Below, one piece after another: positions 12,157 through 26,125 of a stretch of DNA of 64,000 nt. Origin of the DNA: Azolla caroliniana (lineage: Eukaryota; Plantae; Polypodiophyta); the NCBI GenBank assembly GCA_043228905.1, contig JBHGNT010000015.1, forward strand, positions 11,718,001 to 11,782,000, in the 5' to 3' direction. The notes under the pieces were generated by a model. That model was not told the origin of the DNA and did no database searches. It saw nothing but the letters and a program-made list of their open reading frames with translations. Within the stretch, counting starts at the first letter, position 1. Each line of letters opens with the position of its first letter. Position numbers and translations under genes: made by a program.

Positions 12157-15100
12157 CTTTTGGCACGCTTGGTGATTTGTGTTTTATCACAAACGAACAA
12201 CGATGAATGGATGTTTAGCCGCAGACGCCCAAGAGAACCAACACGACTAGACCGGTCAATCACAAGGTCCATCACACGCCAGGCAGAGGAACGCGCACGG
12301 CAAAAGCCTCACCTCAGCGACCTCAGCACTACCTGTCAGGACCACAAAGGTGATTTCCCGCTCTCCAAATACCTCAACGATATGCGGGAAGCACGCTCAC
12401 CACACCAACACTGTGGTCTTTCCCTGCCCGTCGTAGCCCCCAGCATGGCCTTTGCCTTTCCGCTTTAATGGCGAAACCAACGCCGCAACCCACATTCGCC
12501 TGTTCCTCAATGTCTGAAATGCAAACCACATGGCGCAGAGCCTTTCTAAGGTAGTAGCGCACTAGTCCAAAATGACGGAGTTCGGGTTAACATTGGATGG
12601 GTGAGCGGCGTTTTGGCATTCACAGATGGATCTACTAGCAATCACGACATTCGACCAGCTACAGTCCGCCTTTTTGCGATTCTTCCATCGGAGGGTTCCA
12701 CAACGTGAAATCCTTGGACAGTTCTATAAAATTAAGCAGCTGCCGACCGAGACGATCGCGGATTTCAGCTTACGTTTCCAAAATTTACGGCGAAAACTAG
12801 AACAGGGAGGATGAGGCTCGAGAGACATTTCTGGCGGCATTACGCCGACCAATACGGACCACGCTCAACAACAATAGCGTGAAAGGGGAAACGGCCGATA
12901 TGGTCATCAAACGAGCATTACATCTCGAGCTGGATGACGAAGAGGAAAGGTTTTCTATGTCCTCATTACGACAAGCATTACCTCAGGATGAGGAACGACA
13001 TTTTCGTCAAGCAATCCAGTGCACGATTTGCTTGAATTCGGGGCATTCCGCGGTGGAGTGCAACATGCGAATCCACTGCCCAATCTGTCACTCGAAGGCT
13101 CACACAGTTGAGCAATGCGAATACAATATGCTGAACAAAGCCGCTCCCACAGTATGCAACATGGACACACAACGTCCCCCACACCGTACTGAACAGAGGA
13201 AAGAAGATCGACCACGGTATATGGATCGCAACCCACGTGACGACCGGCACTACCGGAATCACCAGAATCACAACTATTCCGAGGAAGATGAGCTAGAGGA
13301 TGAGGACTACCGTGGTCCCCCCAGATATGCTAAAGGGGGCCGGCGCTATGAGAATCATTGGCCGACAAACAAACGTGGCGGCTTCAATGGACCTCGTGGA
13401 AAGCAGTGGCAATATTGGGACCACAGGCGATATGACGAAAGCTCAGACGATGACCGGCACCAAGAACCACGCCGGGACCAACAGCAACCACCGCGTACGC
13501 TCCGACAAACGAAGCCGGACCGTGAGGAGCAAGTCACATCGAGGGGTCGGCACACACCACCACGGGCCAAGAAGGGCGAATCTAGCATCCATTGTTTTGT
13601 TTGTCAACAGCCCGGACATTATGCCACACAATGCCCAGTACGTAAGGACAAGGGGCCTGCTGTCAATATGATTACGGCAGAAGTGCAGCAAGTCACGACA
13701 CGTCAGCAAACAAAAACGACAGATTGGGCCGCGCAAGATGAGATACGACAAACAGCCTAGGCATGGGTTGAGAAAGCAAATGCGACAAATACAGAACGCA
13801 TGCAAAAGGAATCCGCAAAATTGATGGAGCTAGTGGAGGACGAAGGACCGGCCCCGGACCCCATTTGGATCGCATTGGCAAGCTGCGAGATAACGTTAAC
13901 CATGGAGAAGCTGTTGCAACTAGTCCCACGCTTCGACCAGACCGTGGAAGAGCGGGTGACGGGCATACCCGGGGTGAGCGTCGCTACGAATTTCACGGAC
14001 ATTAGTGATGGACCGTCTGTAGTGGATCACCACAACCCGGCTATTACGTTGATATTACATGGTCAGGAAATCCCGGGATGCGTAATCGATGGCAGCTCGG
14101 GCGTTAATGTCATTAACGCGAAAACATGCGAGCAGTTAGGAATTTCAGAATGGAAGGCTTGCCCGTTCTGGCTCCGTATGGCAGATACCCGCTCAGTACA
14201 ACCATTGGGGTTGATACGCAAGGTAGGCATTATCGTGGGAGGACATCGCTTCGACATCTCGGTGGTAGTCCTCGTCCTGGACGCCCCAGGGGCGTACCCT
14301 ATGCTGTTGGGCAGACTGTGGCTTCGTGCAACGAATATCAAGCAGAGCTGGCAACACAAGTGTATAAGTTTTCGACATGGATGCACCAAGGTTCGCATAC
14401 CAACGGAGGAAAGGGCGACACAATCCAAGGGTATAACACCATGATACGTGGAAGATATAAATATGTTGGCTGGGGTGGATGATATAGAATTAGAGGCATA
14501 CCTAGACGAGCACCCTCTGATTATTCTGCTATTCGAAATCGACGTCATCGCAACCGCGGCAGAATATGCCACAGCCACTACTCTCCATGACAAGGCTTAC
14601 GAACCAAACCCGGAGTCAATATTAGAACTAAGCCGAGCACGAGCAACGTTCGAGAGGGAAATGGAAATTTCACGACGAGTCACCGCCTCAGCCCTGGAAG
14701 AAGTAAACATGGGTACAACGTCAGAACCTCGTTTCCTCTCCATCACAAAAGAGTTAAGGCCGAACCAGAGAGACGCGATGATCGAACTACTCAAGAAATA
14801 TAAAGATGTGCTCGCCTTGGCTCACGAGCACATGAAGGGGTTAGATCTGAAGTTCTATCAACATAAGATTAATTTAGCAACCGAAACAAAACCAGTCCAG
14901 CAATGTCACTACCGCATGAACCCGAACTACGCGACCCGCGTAAAAGAAGAAATTGACAAACTTCTAAAGTCAGGATTCATACGGCCAGTTAAACAAGGCA
15001 CGTGGTTAAGTCCGATAGTAGTCGTTCCAAAGAAAAACAGCAAAATACAAGTATGCGTGGATTACCGAAAATTAAACGTCGTAACCATTACGGACGCATT

Positions 15101-15437
15101 CCCTTTACCATTCACCGATAGCGTATTGGACGTCGTTGTAGGGCATGACATGTACAATTTTTCAGATGGCTTTAGTGGATACAACCAGGTACACATGCAT
15201 CCCGATGACCAAGAGAAGACGACATTTGTCACGGACTGGGGAGTCTATGTGGCAGTCGTCATGATGTTCGGGCTAAAGATGGCGCCGGCGACATTTCAAT
15301 GGACAATCATGAAGATCTTTGGGGAATATATTCTAGCATTCATGCAAGTTTTTTTAGATGATTTTGCAGTATATGGGAAAACAACCGACCATTTTACGCA
15401 TCTGCAACTGTGCCTGGAACGTTGCCGCACCACACGC

Positions 15438-16246
15438 TGTCGTGAAGAAAACCGTCCATAAGCGGAATCGGCAGACCAAGGCGTGGGAACCGGTTCCTCA
15501 CGCGCGCACGCTCCAAGTCGAACATAGAAGCGAGTTAGGAGGATATTCGGCAGGAACGGGCCCTAACACGAGTGGAGACAAAGACCGCGCGAACAGTCTT
15601 TTCGGTCGTGCGCGCGAGCTAAGGGACGGCACGAGTCGGCGGCGTAACTACGCGTATGCGTGAAGAACGGAGCGGATCCCTGTTCGAAAGGGACAGGGGA
15701 TAAAGCTGACATGACGGCCTGCTCGTCGAGATATATAAGGAACAGGAAAGAGCTGTAAAAGAGACATCGCGCGGAGAGGACGAAGTGCTGCCGGACCGTT
15801 TCTGGACGCTTCTCTCTCTCTGTTTCCTTCCTTCTTGAGCTCCATAGCTTTCTGTGCAGGGTTCCGAGGAGGCTCGCGCTGTTTCGAGGAACGCCCGAGT
15901 GCTTCCGGCAGCACCTCCAACCTGCTACCCCCCCCCCCTTGCCCTGTTTTGTGCCTCGAAGCGAGCAGGCATCGGCATCTGTTCGCCGGCCTGTTCGGTT
16001 GTAACCAACCTGTGCCCCATCGAGGGTTGTAGTAGTGTTAGCCATTTTCTTAATATACATATTAAGTCATTCGCATCTGTCTGTGTCGGTGTCTGTTCGC
16101 GTTCTCCGTGCTGAAGGGCCGTGTCCCTGTGTATCCCCGGTCCTGCGTAGCCGGTTCTCTCTCTTTCTCCTCCCTCGCTTGCTCTTTGGTTCGAGACCCC
16201 CGCGGTCCCGCCTCGATTCCACACGCACTTGCGTAATACCTCGACA
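15438..16246. mobile_element. Solo LTR (809 bp) inserted in the RT domain
   Basis: TGTCG...CGACA termini flanked by ACGC on both sides. Removing it restores ERCRTTR-LSLNPVKC. Confidence 0.9.
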
Positions 16247-17622
16247 ACGCTTAAGCCTGAATCCCGTAAAATGTGCCTTCGGTGTTACCAGCGGGGCTCT
16301 CCTAGGCCATATAGTCAAGAAGGAAGGGATAGCGGTCGATCCGAACAAAATCTCCGCGATTACTCAAGCTAAAACTCCGACAAATGTGAAATCACTTAGC
16401 CGGTTTTTAGGACAAATACGATGGCATAGTCGGATGATACGATACTTTGCGGACTTCGCCACGTCGTTACAGGCTGCCGTGCATCGGACTCCCTTCCAAT
16501 GGACTGCAATGGAAGACAAGGCCTATGATGCGCTCAAGATAATGCTCACGCAGGCACCCATTGTATAGCCACCAGTTTGGGCGAAGCCATTCCATGTGTT
16601 CGTAGACACCTCGCACATAACAATAGGAAGTGCACTAATGCAACTCACTGAACCGAATTGGTACCGGCCAGTGTACTATGCTAGTCGCAAATTATCAACA
16701 GCGGAGCATAACTATTCCACAACGCAGCGTGAGGCATTGGGGATGATCTATAACATCAATAAATTCCGGCATTATCTACTAGGGAGGAAGTTCACGTTCC
16801 ACGTGGATCATTCGACACTGCTGTATTTGGTCGAGAAACAAGCACTGACGGGGAAATTGGCACGATGGATGCTGCTGCTTCAAGAATTTGATTTTGTAAT
16901 TCAATACAGCTTGGGTACGCAACACGTAGTGGCAGATTTTTTTAGCAGACTCGATAATGGAGAAATGGCGCAGAAGGACGACGACGACTTTCTAGACGCA
17001 GACATTCTGCGGGTAGCAGCACTAGCTGGAAGAACGGAAATGACCTTTCCGGACCAGTGGCTCATGGAAATGTCATACTTTTTTACTACGAGACTGCCTC
17101 CACCACAATTACGCACGGACGAGAAGAAACGATTAGCCGTCCGGAGCCGTAACTTCTGCCTGGTAGAAGGAATCTTATATCACAAAGGTAGTGATGGCAT
17201 TTGGCGACGCGGAGTACGCCAGGATGAGAAAGAAGCGGTCTTACGGGAGGCTCACTACAGCACGATAGGCGGAAACTACGCAGGCGATGTTACGTCCCGG
17301 AAAATATGGCAAGCAGGCCTATGGTGGCCGACTACACAGAAGGACGCATACAAGTATTGTAGAAAGTGCAATTTGTGTCAATGGATGGGCCAACCCACGG
17401 AGGGTGCAAAAATGTCACACCAGCTCGTATTACCGTTAGATCCCTTTCAAAAGTTGGGATTGGATTTTGTGGGCCCCTTCACACCGCCGGCAGCGAAGTG
17501 GGTAAAAGCAAAGGCACTACGAGAGAATACGGCGGCCGTCACAGCGAGATTCCTTTACGAACACATCTAGTGTCGGTTCGGTTGTCTGATTGAGCTTATC
17601 GGTGATCAGGGGAGCCACTTTC

Positions 17623-20600
17623 TGTTGGGATTTCGGTCCCTTCGGATGGGATGGTCGGATGTCGGAGACGAATGCCGACAAGCCCGGTTTCGGTTTCGGA
17701 TCCGGATGACGAAGACCCCGGCTTCGGTGCCGGATGACGAATGTACCCGGAGAGCGATCCGGATGCAGGGACATATCCGTGAATATGTTCGCTATGGGCC
17801 CCTGAGGCCACAGTTGTAAATAGCCCCAAAGTCATATGTGTATAAATATGACTTAGGGCAAACTGTTTTGTTGTTGCTAATTATTTTTCTGTTTTTCCAC
17901 TCAAGAGGAGTGAAGAGGGAGCAGCCGTGAGAGAGAGAGAGAGAGATAGAGCGCGAGAGAGGAAGAGGTAGACGCCTCTGTGTATTTCCGCCGCCTGTGG
18001 CGAGGACAGCGACCTCAAGGTCGTCGCCTTGGAGCTCGTCATTGTATACTTCTCTTTGTATAGTGTTGTTTGGAGTCTTGTACTCCCGTGGTTTTTCCCG
18101 TCTAGGGTTTTCCACGTTAATCCCTGTGTACTCGCGTTTTGATTCTCCGTGTGGTTCCTATTTTCTGCTGCATTGATCCGCGATTACTCGGTTGTGGCCG
18201 AGGGAAGAAGGGGAATCGAAGCGCTGTTTTCCCAACAAACTGGTATCAGAGCGACTGTTGCAGAAAATGGAAGGCGGCGGCAGCGGGCAGCCGATGATGA
18301 TGGTGCTGAATGCACAGAATTACGCCGACTGGAAGATCAAGATGGAGGATCTTCTGATTGTTCAGGACCTGTACGAACCGATTGACAGGTCGGAAATACC
18401 GAAGGGGGTACTTGAGTCGGAGTGGAAGCTCCTGAACCGGAAAGCCGTAGCGACGATCCGACAATATGTCGATGTAAGCGTCCTACAACATGTGGCGAAC
18501 GACACCAACGCATATGAGATGTGGAAGAAGCTGTCGGGCCTCTACGAGAGGAAGAATGCGTTGAACCGGACCTCTCTGATGAGGAAGATAGTGAACCTCA
18601 AGTATCGGGACGGCGAGAGTATGGTTGAACACGTAAGCACGTTCATGGGATTCGTGAATCAGCTTGCGGCGATCAAGTTCCCGTTGGAGGATGCAATGCA
18701 AGCCATCATCCTGATGTGTACATTGCCGGAAAGCTGGGAGAACTTGGTGGTGACTCTCAGCACCTCCTGCACAGAAGATAACTTGTCCTTGCAAACGGTA
18801 AAGACAAGTATTTTGAATGAAGAAGCGCGTCGGAGAGATAAGGAACCGACCTCCGACCCGAAGATGTTGTTTACCGAATCGGATCGGGGAAGACAATGGA
18901 ACCGGAGTCCGCAAAGACGGGAGAAGTCGGGGACCCGGTCGCAGTCAAGAGGAAGACCCACATGCTTCCACTGTGGGAAGCCGGGGCACTTCCGAAAGAA
19001 TTGTCGGCATTACCGAAAAGACAACGGAGCCGACGACACCGATTCGAAGAAGTCACCGGAGAGAAACGGTGCATACCGGGGAGCCACGGACCGAAGAGGT
19101 TCGGATCGGCGAGGGCAGGACCGGAAAGGAACAACGGCACTCGCGGGAAGTGAGGAAGAAATCATGCTCATCACCGAAGAAGGTGAGCTAAACGTTGCCG
19201 GCGATGAGACGACCTGGGTGGTCGATTCCGGAGCATCGTTCCACCTGACCCCGGAGAGAAGATACTTCTCATCCTACACAGCCGGTGAGCATGGCTGTGT
19301 TCGGATGGGAAATGAAGGTACGTGCCGGATTGCCGGCATAGGTGACGTGTGGTTGACAACCCCGACTGGATGCAAAATGCTGCTGAAGGATGTCCGACAC
19401 GTTCCGGAGGTTCGATTGAACCTGATTTCGGCCGGGAGGCTAGACGATGAAGGCTACACAGGTAGCATCCGGAACGGCGTAATGAAGTTCAGCAAGGGGA
19501 GCCTGATAGTGGCTCGGGCCCGGAAAGACAACACACTGTACCTGATGAATGCCCGGTTATGTCCGGAAGAGTTGAATGTGGCAGCCGACACTGCCGGTGA
19601 GCTGTGGCACAAAAGACTGTGCCACATGAGTGAGAAGGGGATGAAGAGGCTTGCAGAAGACAACCTCATCCCAGTGAAGCATGTGCACCTGGAGAAGTGC
19701 ACCGATTGCCTGGCCGGTAAGCAGAACCGAACCTCCTTCCACTCAAGGCCACCGACGAGACGTAGCGCACCATTGGAGTTGGTGCACACTGACGTGTGTC
19801 AGGTAGAGACGAAGTCACATGGCGGAGCCCAGTACTTCGTAACATTCATCGATGATCATAGCCGAAAACTGTGGACGGCACCTATGAAGACAAAGGACCA
19901 AGTGTTGTGCGTCTTCAAAGAACTCCACGCGAGAGTGGAAAGGGAATCCGGCAAGAAGCTGAAAGCGATACGAGCGGATAACGGAGGGGAATACCGAGGG
20001 CAGTTCCAGGAGTACTGTCGCTCGAAGGGAATCCGACATACGTGATAAACAGATCACCCTCAGTACCTTTGGACGGAGACACGCCGCAGAAAGTGTGGAC
20101 CGGTAAGGAAGTGTCCTACCGGCATCTGAAGGTGTTCGGGTGTCTCGCATACGTGCATGTGGCAAAGGACCGGAGAGGAAAGCTAGATCCAAAGACCCGG
20201 CCATGCATATTCCTCGGTTACGGCGATGACGAGTTCGGCTACCGAGTATGGGACCCGGTCGACAAGAAGATATTCAGGAGTCGAGACATCATCTTCATGG
20301 AGGACAAGACACTCGCCGACTGGGAGTCGGAGAAGAAGGTGAAGAGCTCCAAGTCGACCGGTAATGATCAACTCTACGAGGAGCAGTCCCGACCGGCAAG
20401 GGACCGGTTAGCACTCGAGGATCCGGCCGAAGACGGTGAAGAAACAGAACCGGCCGAAGAAGATGAAAACGATACCGGAACCGGCCCCGATCCCGAAATG
20501 GATTCGGATGAAGAAGAATCGGAAGAACCGGTTACCGAAGCTCCGGAACGGAGATATCCTCTAAGAGAGAGAAGGGCCCCCCGGAGATTTCCGGAACCAG

Positions 20601-22823
20601 AGCACGTGCTGCTAACCGACGAGGGGGAGCCGGAGAGCTTTGAAGAAGCAAAGCATGACACCCAGAGCCGCAGGTGGTTGAGTGCCATGCAGGACGAGAT
20701 GGATTCCCTGCATGAGAACCACACATATGAACTTGTGGAGTTGCCGAAAGGAAAGCGGGCACTTCGAAACAAGTGGGTGTTCAAGCTGAAACCGGGAGAT
20801 GCCGGAAACCCCCCGAGATACAAAGCCAGGATCGTGGTGAAGGGGTTTCAGCAAAAGAAGGGCGTCGACTTCGACGAGATATTTGCCCCGGTAGTGAAGA
20901 TGACCTCCATCCGGACGGTGCTGAGCATAGCGGCAAGCATGGACCTCGAGGTAGAACAGATGGACGTGAAGACGGCATTCCTTCACGGTGACCTCGATGA
21001 AGAGATCTACATGCAGCAACCGGAAGGATTCGAGAAGAAAGGGAAGGAGCACCTGGTATGCCGGTTAAAGAAGAGCCTTTACGGACTGAAGCAGGCTCCC
21101 CGGCAATGGTACCGGAAGTTCGACTCCTTCATGACCGACGAAGGGTACCTCAAAACGCAGTCCGACCACTGCGTGTTTGTGAAGAAATTCGAAGGAGGAG
21201 ACTTTCTAATACTCCTCCTGTACGTGGACGACATGTTGATCGTCGGACGGGACCAGGTCAAGATACGGATGCTGAAGAAGGCTCTTCACCGAACCTTCTC
21301 AATGAAGGACCTGGGTCCGGCGAGGCAAATACTAGGGATGCACATCATCCGGGACCGAAAGAGGAAGCAGTTGTGGCTGTCACAGGAGAAGTACGTGACG
21401 AAGGTGCTTCACCGGTTCAACATGTCGGAAGCAAGACCGGTCGGATCGACCCTCCCGACAAACTGCAAGCTGTCCAAAAAGCAAAGTCCCAAGACAAAGG
21501 CTGAAAAGGAGGATATGATGAAAGTGCCATATGCCTCAGCCGTCGGGAGCTTGATGTACGCCATGGTGTGTACGAGACCGGACATCGGATATGCAGTCGG
21601 AGTGGTGAGCCGGTACATGAGCAATCCCGGCAAGGAGCATTGGAACGCGGCCAAGTGGATACTCCGATACCTGAAGGGCACGGCAAACGTGTGCCTCCGA
21701 TTCGGCTCCGGTAAGCCCGAACTCGACGGCTTCACCGATTCGGATATGTCGGCTGATGCAGATACCAGCCGGTCCACATCAGGGTATGTGATGACGTATG
21801 CAGGGGGAGCTGTTTCATGGCAGTCGAGGCTGCAGAAGACGGTTGCGTTGTCAACCACGGAGGCGGAGTACATGGCGGCTGTTGAAGCCGGCAAGGAAGT
21901 AATATGGATGAAGGACTTCATTAGAGAGCTCGGTATCCGGCAGGAGGAGTACCAACTCTACTGTGACAGTCAGAGTGCAATCCACCTTGCGAAGAACGCG
22001 GCCTATCACTCCCGGACGAAGCACATCCAGCGAAAATATCACTGGATCCGGGAAAGGATAGAAGACAAGGAGTTCGTGCTGACAAAGATCCACACGGACG
22101 AGAACGGGTCGGATATGCTGACCAAGGTCCTCACACCCGACAAGCTGGAAGCATGCCGGAAGAGGATCGGACTGGAAAGACATCCCATGCCGAAGTGAAG
22201 GGGGAGTTTGTTGGGATTTCGGTCCCTTCGGATGGGATGGTCGGATGTCGGAGACGAATGCCGACAAGCCCGGTTTCGGTTTCGGATCCGGATGACGAAG
22301 ACCCCGGCTTCGGTGCCGGATGACGAATGTACCCAGAGAGCGATCCGGATGCAGGGACATATCCGTGAATATGTTCGCTATGGGCCCCTGAGGCCACAGT
22401 TGTAAATAGCCCCAAAGTCATATGTGTATAAATATGACTTAGGGCAAACTGTTTTGTTGTTGCTAATTATTTTTCTGTTTTTCCACTCAAGAGGAGTGAA
22501 GAGGGAGCAGCCGTGAGAGAGAGAGAGAGAGATAGAGCGCGAGAGAGGAAGAGGTAGACGCCTCTGTGTATTTCCGCCGCCTGTGGCGAGGACAGCGAGC
22601 TCAAGGTCGTCGCCTTGGAGCTCGTCATTGTATACTTCTCTTTGTATAGTGTTGTTTGGAGTCTTGTACTCCCGTGGTTTTTCCCGTCTAGGGTTTTCCA
22701 CGTTAATCCCTGTGTACTCGCGTTTTGATTCTCCGTGTGGTTCCTATTTTCTGCTGCATTGATCCGCGATTACTCGGTTGTGGCCGAGGGAAGAAGGGGA
22801 ATCGAAGCGCTGTTTTCCCAACA
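17623..22823 (+). mobile_element. Young Ty1/copia LTR retrotransposon inserted in the host element's integrase
   Basis: 615-bp LTRs at 17623-18237 and 22209-22823, two substitutions by eye. TSD CTTTC, PBS TGGTATCAGAGC (initiator tRNA-Met) at 18241, PPT GAAGGGGGAG before the 3' LTR. Confidence 0.97.
18267..22198 (+). pseudogene. Copia gag-PR-INT-RT-RH polyprotein broken by one frameshifting deletion in the integrase core
   Basis: ORF 18267-20045 (CFHCGKPGHFRKNC, VVDSGAS, WHKRLCH, LVHTDVC, IRADNGGEY) and ORF 20042-22198 (YKARIV, QMDVKTAF, LYVDDML, DSDMS). The usual TPQxNGVAERxNRT segment is absent at the junction. Confidence 0.92.
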
Positions 22824-23675
22824 CTTTCTCAATATGGTCGTTCGTGAACTAACACATCATTACGCCGTAGTCCACAAGAAAAGTACGCCATATTATCCAT
22901 AGGCGAATGGGTTGGCGGAGTCCACCAACAAGACGTTGCAAACCATATTAAAGAAAATCGTCAATGAAAATAGAACATATTGGGATACCAAATTACATAG
23001 TGCGTTATGGGTGTATAAAACCAGCTACAAAACAAGCATACAGTCAACACCGTTTCGACTAGCGTTTGGGCTAGAGGCTATTATGCCGGTAGAGTTTTAG
23101 ATACCCAGTTTACGGATTCAAGTACGGGACCGACTATCGGAAGCCAAGTCGGAGGAAGTACGGCTCCACCAGCTACTCGAACTCGGTGAAACATGCGTAC
23201 ACAGCATGGCTGTGTTGGAGTAGGAACAACAACGGCGTAAAGCGATTGTGGATCGACATCGGAATGTACGAGAAAAGGATTTCGCGGTCGGTAGAGCGGT
23301 ACTGGTTTTCCAAACCCGCATGGGCCATATGCTAGGAAAGTTACGATTCCGCTAGACAAGCCCGTACTGGATAATAGGAGCGGAACAAGGCACGTTCCAA
23401 CTAGGCACGTTGGCCGGGGAAGTCTTACGACAAAAGGTGAATGGGTTTCGCCTTAAACCTTATCTGGGACCTACGCCACCTAACCCATTCCCCGCCAGAT
23501 AGGACAAAGCCGAAGAACCCGCGGCGTAAGCGGACGGCCCTACTTGTAGCATAGTGTAAAAATAGGCTTGTATGTAACTGTTACGAAAAAAAAAGAAAAA
23601 GAGAAGATAACAATGCTATTAAAAAAGGACTGAATGCATGCACAAACTTCTAGACCAAGAACACGCGACACCACG

Positions 23676-26125
23676 ATGGCTCACCGCCCAATGAACCCTA
23701 GGCCACAAAAAGAAGGAAATAGAAGGTCTTCTTCACAATACAGAAATCCACCTCCTAACTCTCAGCGCTCTCATCGCTCCCCTCTCTCACCTTCTCCTCC
23801 ATCCTATCACAGAGCTCAAACCCACCGCAACCAACAATCTCCCCCCCACGAGCCTACTGTGACTATGCCGATATTTATCTCTACCGTCTTACGTCGATGG
23901 CTCGTGGAGAAACGCTTGGATGGGTACATCAAGGTCGCAGAGGCACCTCCACACCCGGATGCATTTGACATCGCCAGAAAGTGCAACATCGACACGGTCA
24001 CCAACTCATCCATCCAGAAAAAGTTAGACCTGTCATCCCTAGGGGAAAGGCATTTCGAAATCCCTCCTCCGGAGTCACTGCAGAGATATTTCGGTCCATA
24101 TTCGTCCTTCGCCAAGGCATATAGGATGAAGGAGATCCTGGATCCCTTTTACGCGAAGTTGCCAAGTTCCTATTAGAGGTTAGATGCGTACATGTAAACG
24201 CATATGGCATGCCCAAGCAGAAGGTAGGTATCATTATTGATACCTTTAAAGGGTGTACGGTCAATTGGGGGGTCATCACAGGGCCAACGTTAAGGGAAGG
24301 CCTGCACGCGTATCAAGGAGGCAAGAAGCTCAGGCCTATCATACAACAGTACTTGACGTTACTATTCCCACCCCAAGGCCTGCCGGCACCGTAGCCCAGG
24401 AGGCCCACGTCGCCGCCTCGATCCGCGAAGCGCAGGTTAGCGGAGTTAGCCACCACAGAGTGGGAGGATAAACCCCAACCCGTCCATCCGGACACACGGA
24501 CAGTGCCGGAAGAGCAGGCGCTCCGAGGAAGCGGCACCAGAGCTAGACGCCGAACCTCGACAGGAAAGCCCTAGGCCGAAATAGCAGAGGCTGGACAGGA
24601 AAGATGGGCGAGGATTAGTTAAATTCGTACTCCTGGCAGTGGAGACCACGACCGCAGGCGACGACTCCGCAACTACGGAGCCAAACACCACCTTCGAAAT
24701 AATCCGGGAGACACGGCTGATCATTACGGCCCAGTCACAACGAGGGAAAGCCGTATTGACGACGGAAAGCGAGGTCTTGGCATACCTGGATATCCCGGAC
24801 ATGGCCCATGAGTTCAACGCACTATTACAGTTCGAAACCTCTTTTGATCTCATGGAATTCTTGGCAACGCAACAGATAAAGGTCTCATAACGAATGGCCT
24901 AGGAGCACGCGGAGCGCCAAATGATCGAGCCAACCTTAACACAAACGGCGGAGAGTGACGATGAGGACCAGTTAGCCAGAGTCGGCAAACGGAGGAACGC
25001 CAATATACACCGAATGGGGATGGAACTACCCCCATTAAACACGACCCTAGTTGAAGTTCATAGGGAACTGGCAAAGGTCAGCATGGGCGCCAAGGAGATG
25101 GCCATTAAAAATAAGAATGTCTGGAAGAAGGTTAAATTGACCCAAGGCGAACTGCAAAAAGCCAACGAACGCATCGCGGAGTTGGAAAATAACGCAACTA
25201 TGGCACAACGGGCAGCTCCACCACCAAACAACGCCATCAAAGCCTTGAAGGAAGAGATTGAGGCTCAGACCTCCATTGCCTCAAAAGCAAAACAGGTCGT
25301 ACAACTAGCGGAATCAGAAATTGACCGCCTCTGCGCTGAACTTTGCCAGTCCTTAGACAGGGAAAAGGACATCTGGGCCAACGGCCGAAAAGCAGTAAAA
25401 ACCCTTGAAGAGAAACTTTTTGCGGAGACAACACAGCATACACGGACAAAAGAAGAAAACGCCCAATTACGGGAGGAAGCGAAAAAATCGGAGGCGGAAA
25501 CCGCGGGACTCTGGGCCTTATTGGAGAAAAAGAAGGCATGGTTCGACAAGCAGCTGGTGGGCGAATAGGAAAGAAGGCATTAGCTCGAAATCCGCCTGAA
25601 CAATGAAATGGGAAAACTAGAAGAACTACATGCGAAGGAATCCTAGCTGTGGGTGGGTATGAAGAGCACGTATGAAGAAGCGGCGGCAGTTAGTTAGCAA
25701 GAAATTGCAAACCTCAAGAAGTCTGTGGAAGAAGCATGCAACCGTTGCCAGGCCATCACAGACAACGTGCGTATCCTCCTACAAACGAATCGGGAGAGGT
25801 TTACGACGCAATTGAAAACGGCGCTAGACAAAGGATGGATGGCGTGGGCGGCACAAGGAGTGGAATTGCACGCGTATCGAGCGGACTGGGAGAACCGGAG
25901 AAAAGATGACAGAGGCTTCTATAAACTCAATAAGGAAAGCATTGCGGCGGTATGCGAGGACCTAACGCAAGACTATCGTACGCTAGCGGACCAACATTCT
26001 GAAGAACTCGCGCAGCTATTAGATGATTTTGGTGAAAGTTAGGAGGATCTCTTTGACCAGATCACGCAAGCCGGTAGCACGCGAACAAACGGGGAATCCA
26101 TCGCGATACCAATTCCGGATACCGT
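23676..26125 (+). pseudogene. Extra 3' ORF of the Athila/Tat-like element (Pro/Ser-rich N-terminus, globular region, long coiled coil), disrupted
   Basis: Colinear and highly similar in amino acids to minus-strand ORFs 62738-63841, 62012-62725 and 61730-61963 (e.g. MAHRPMNP, RRWLVEKRLDGYI, KEMAIKNKNVWKKVKL). Confidence 0.8.

Larger units (their letters stand above)
12207..23530 (+). pseudogene. Disrupted gag-pol of Athila/Tat-like copy 1, split by two nested insertions
   Basis: ORF pieces 12626-12814, 12879-13760, 13800-14444, 14448-15437, 16251-17570 and 22829-23530, with in-frame stops. No additional archaeal-type RNase H seen between RH and INT. Start approximate. Confidence 0.85.
11715..26125 (+). 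mobile_element. Non-chromovirus (Athila/Tat-like) Ty3/gypsy element, copy 1, decayed and missing its 3' end
   Basis: LTR 11715-12156, PBS TGGCACGCTTGGTG at 12161, gag with Cys/His knuckles, PR (IDGSSGVN), RT (FLDDF), RH, INT, then an extra 3' ORF. Similarity to copy 2 stops at ~26120. Confidence 0.9.

Noticed and set aside
18246-22701. Many antisense and alternate-frame ORFs over the copia and gypsy coding regions
   Set aside because: Shadows of GC-rich coding strands or LTR duplicates, with no recognisable motifs.
23676-26125. Extra ORF as an env gene
   Set aside because: No signal peptide or hydrophobic transmembrane segment is visible in either copy.
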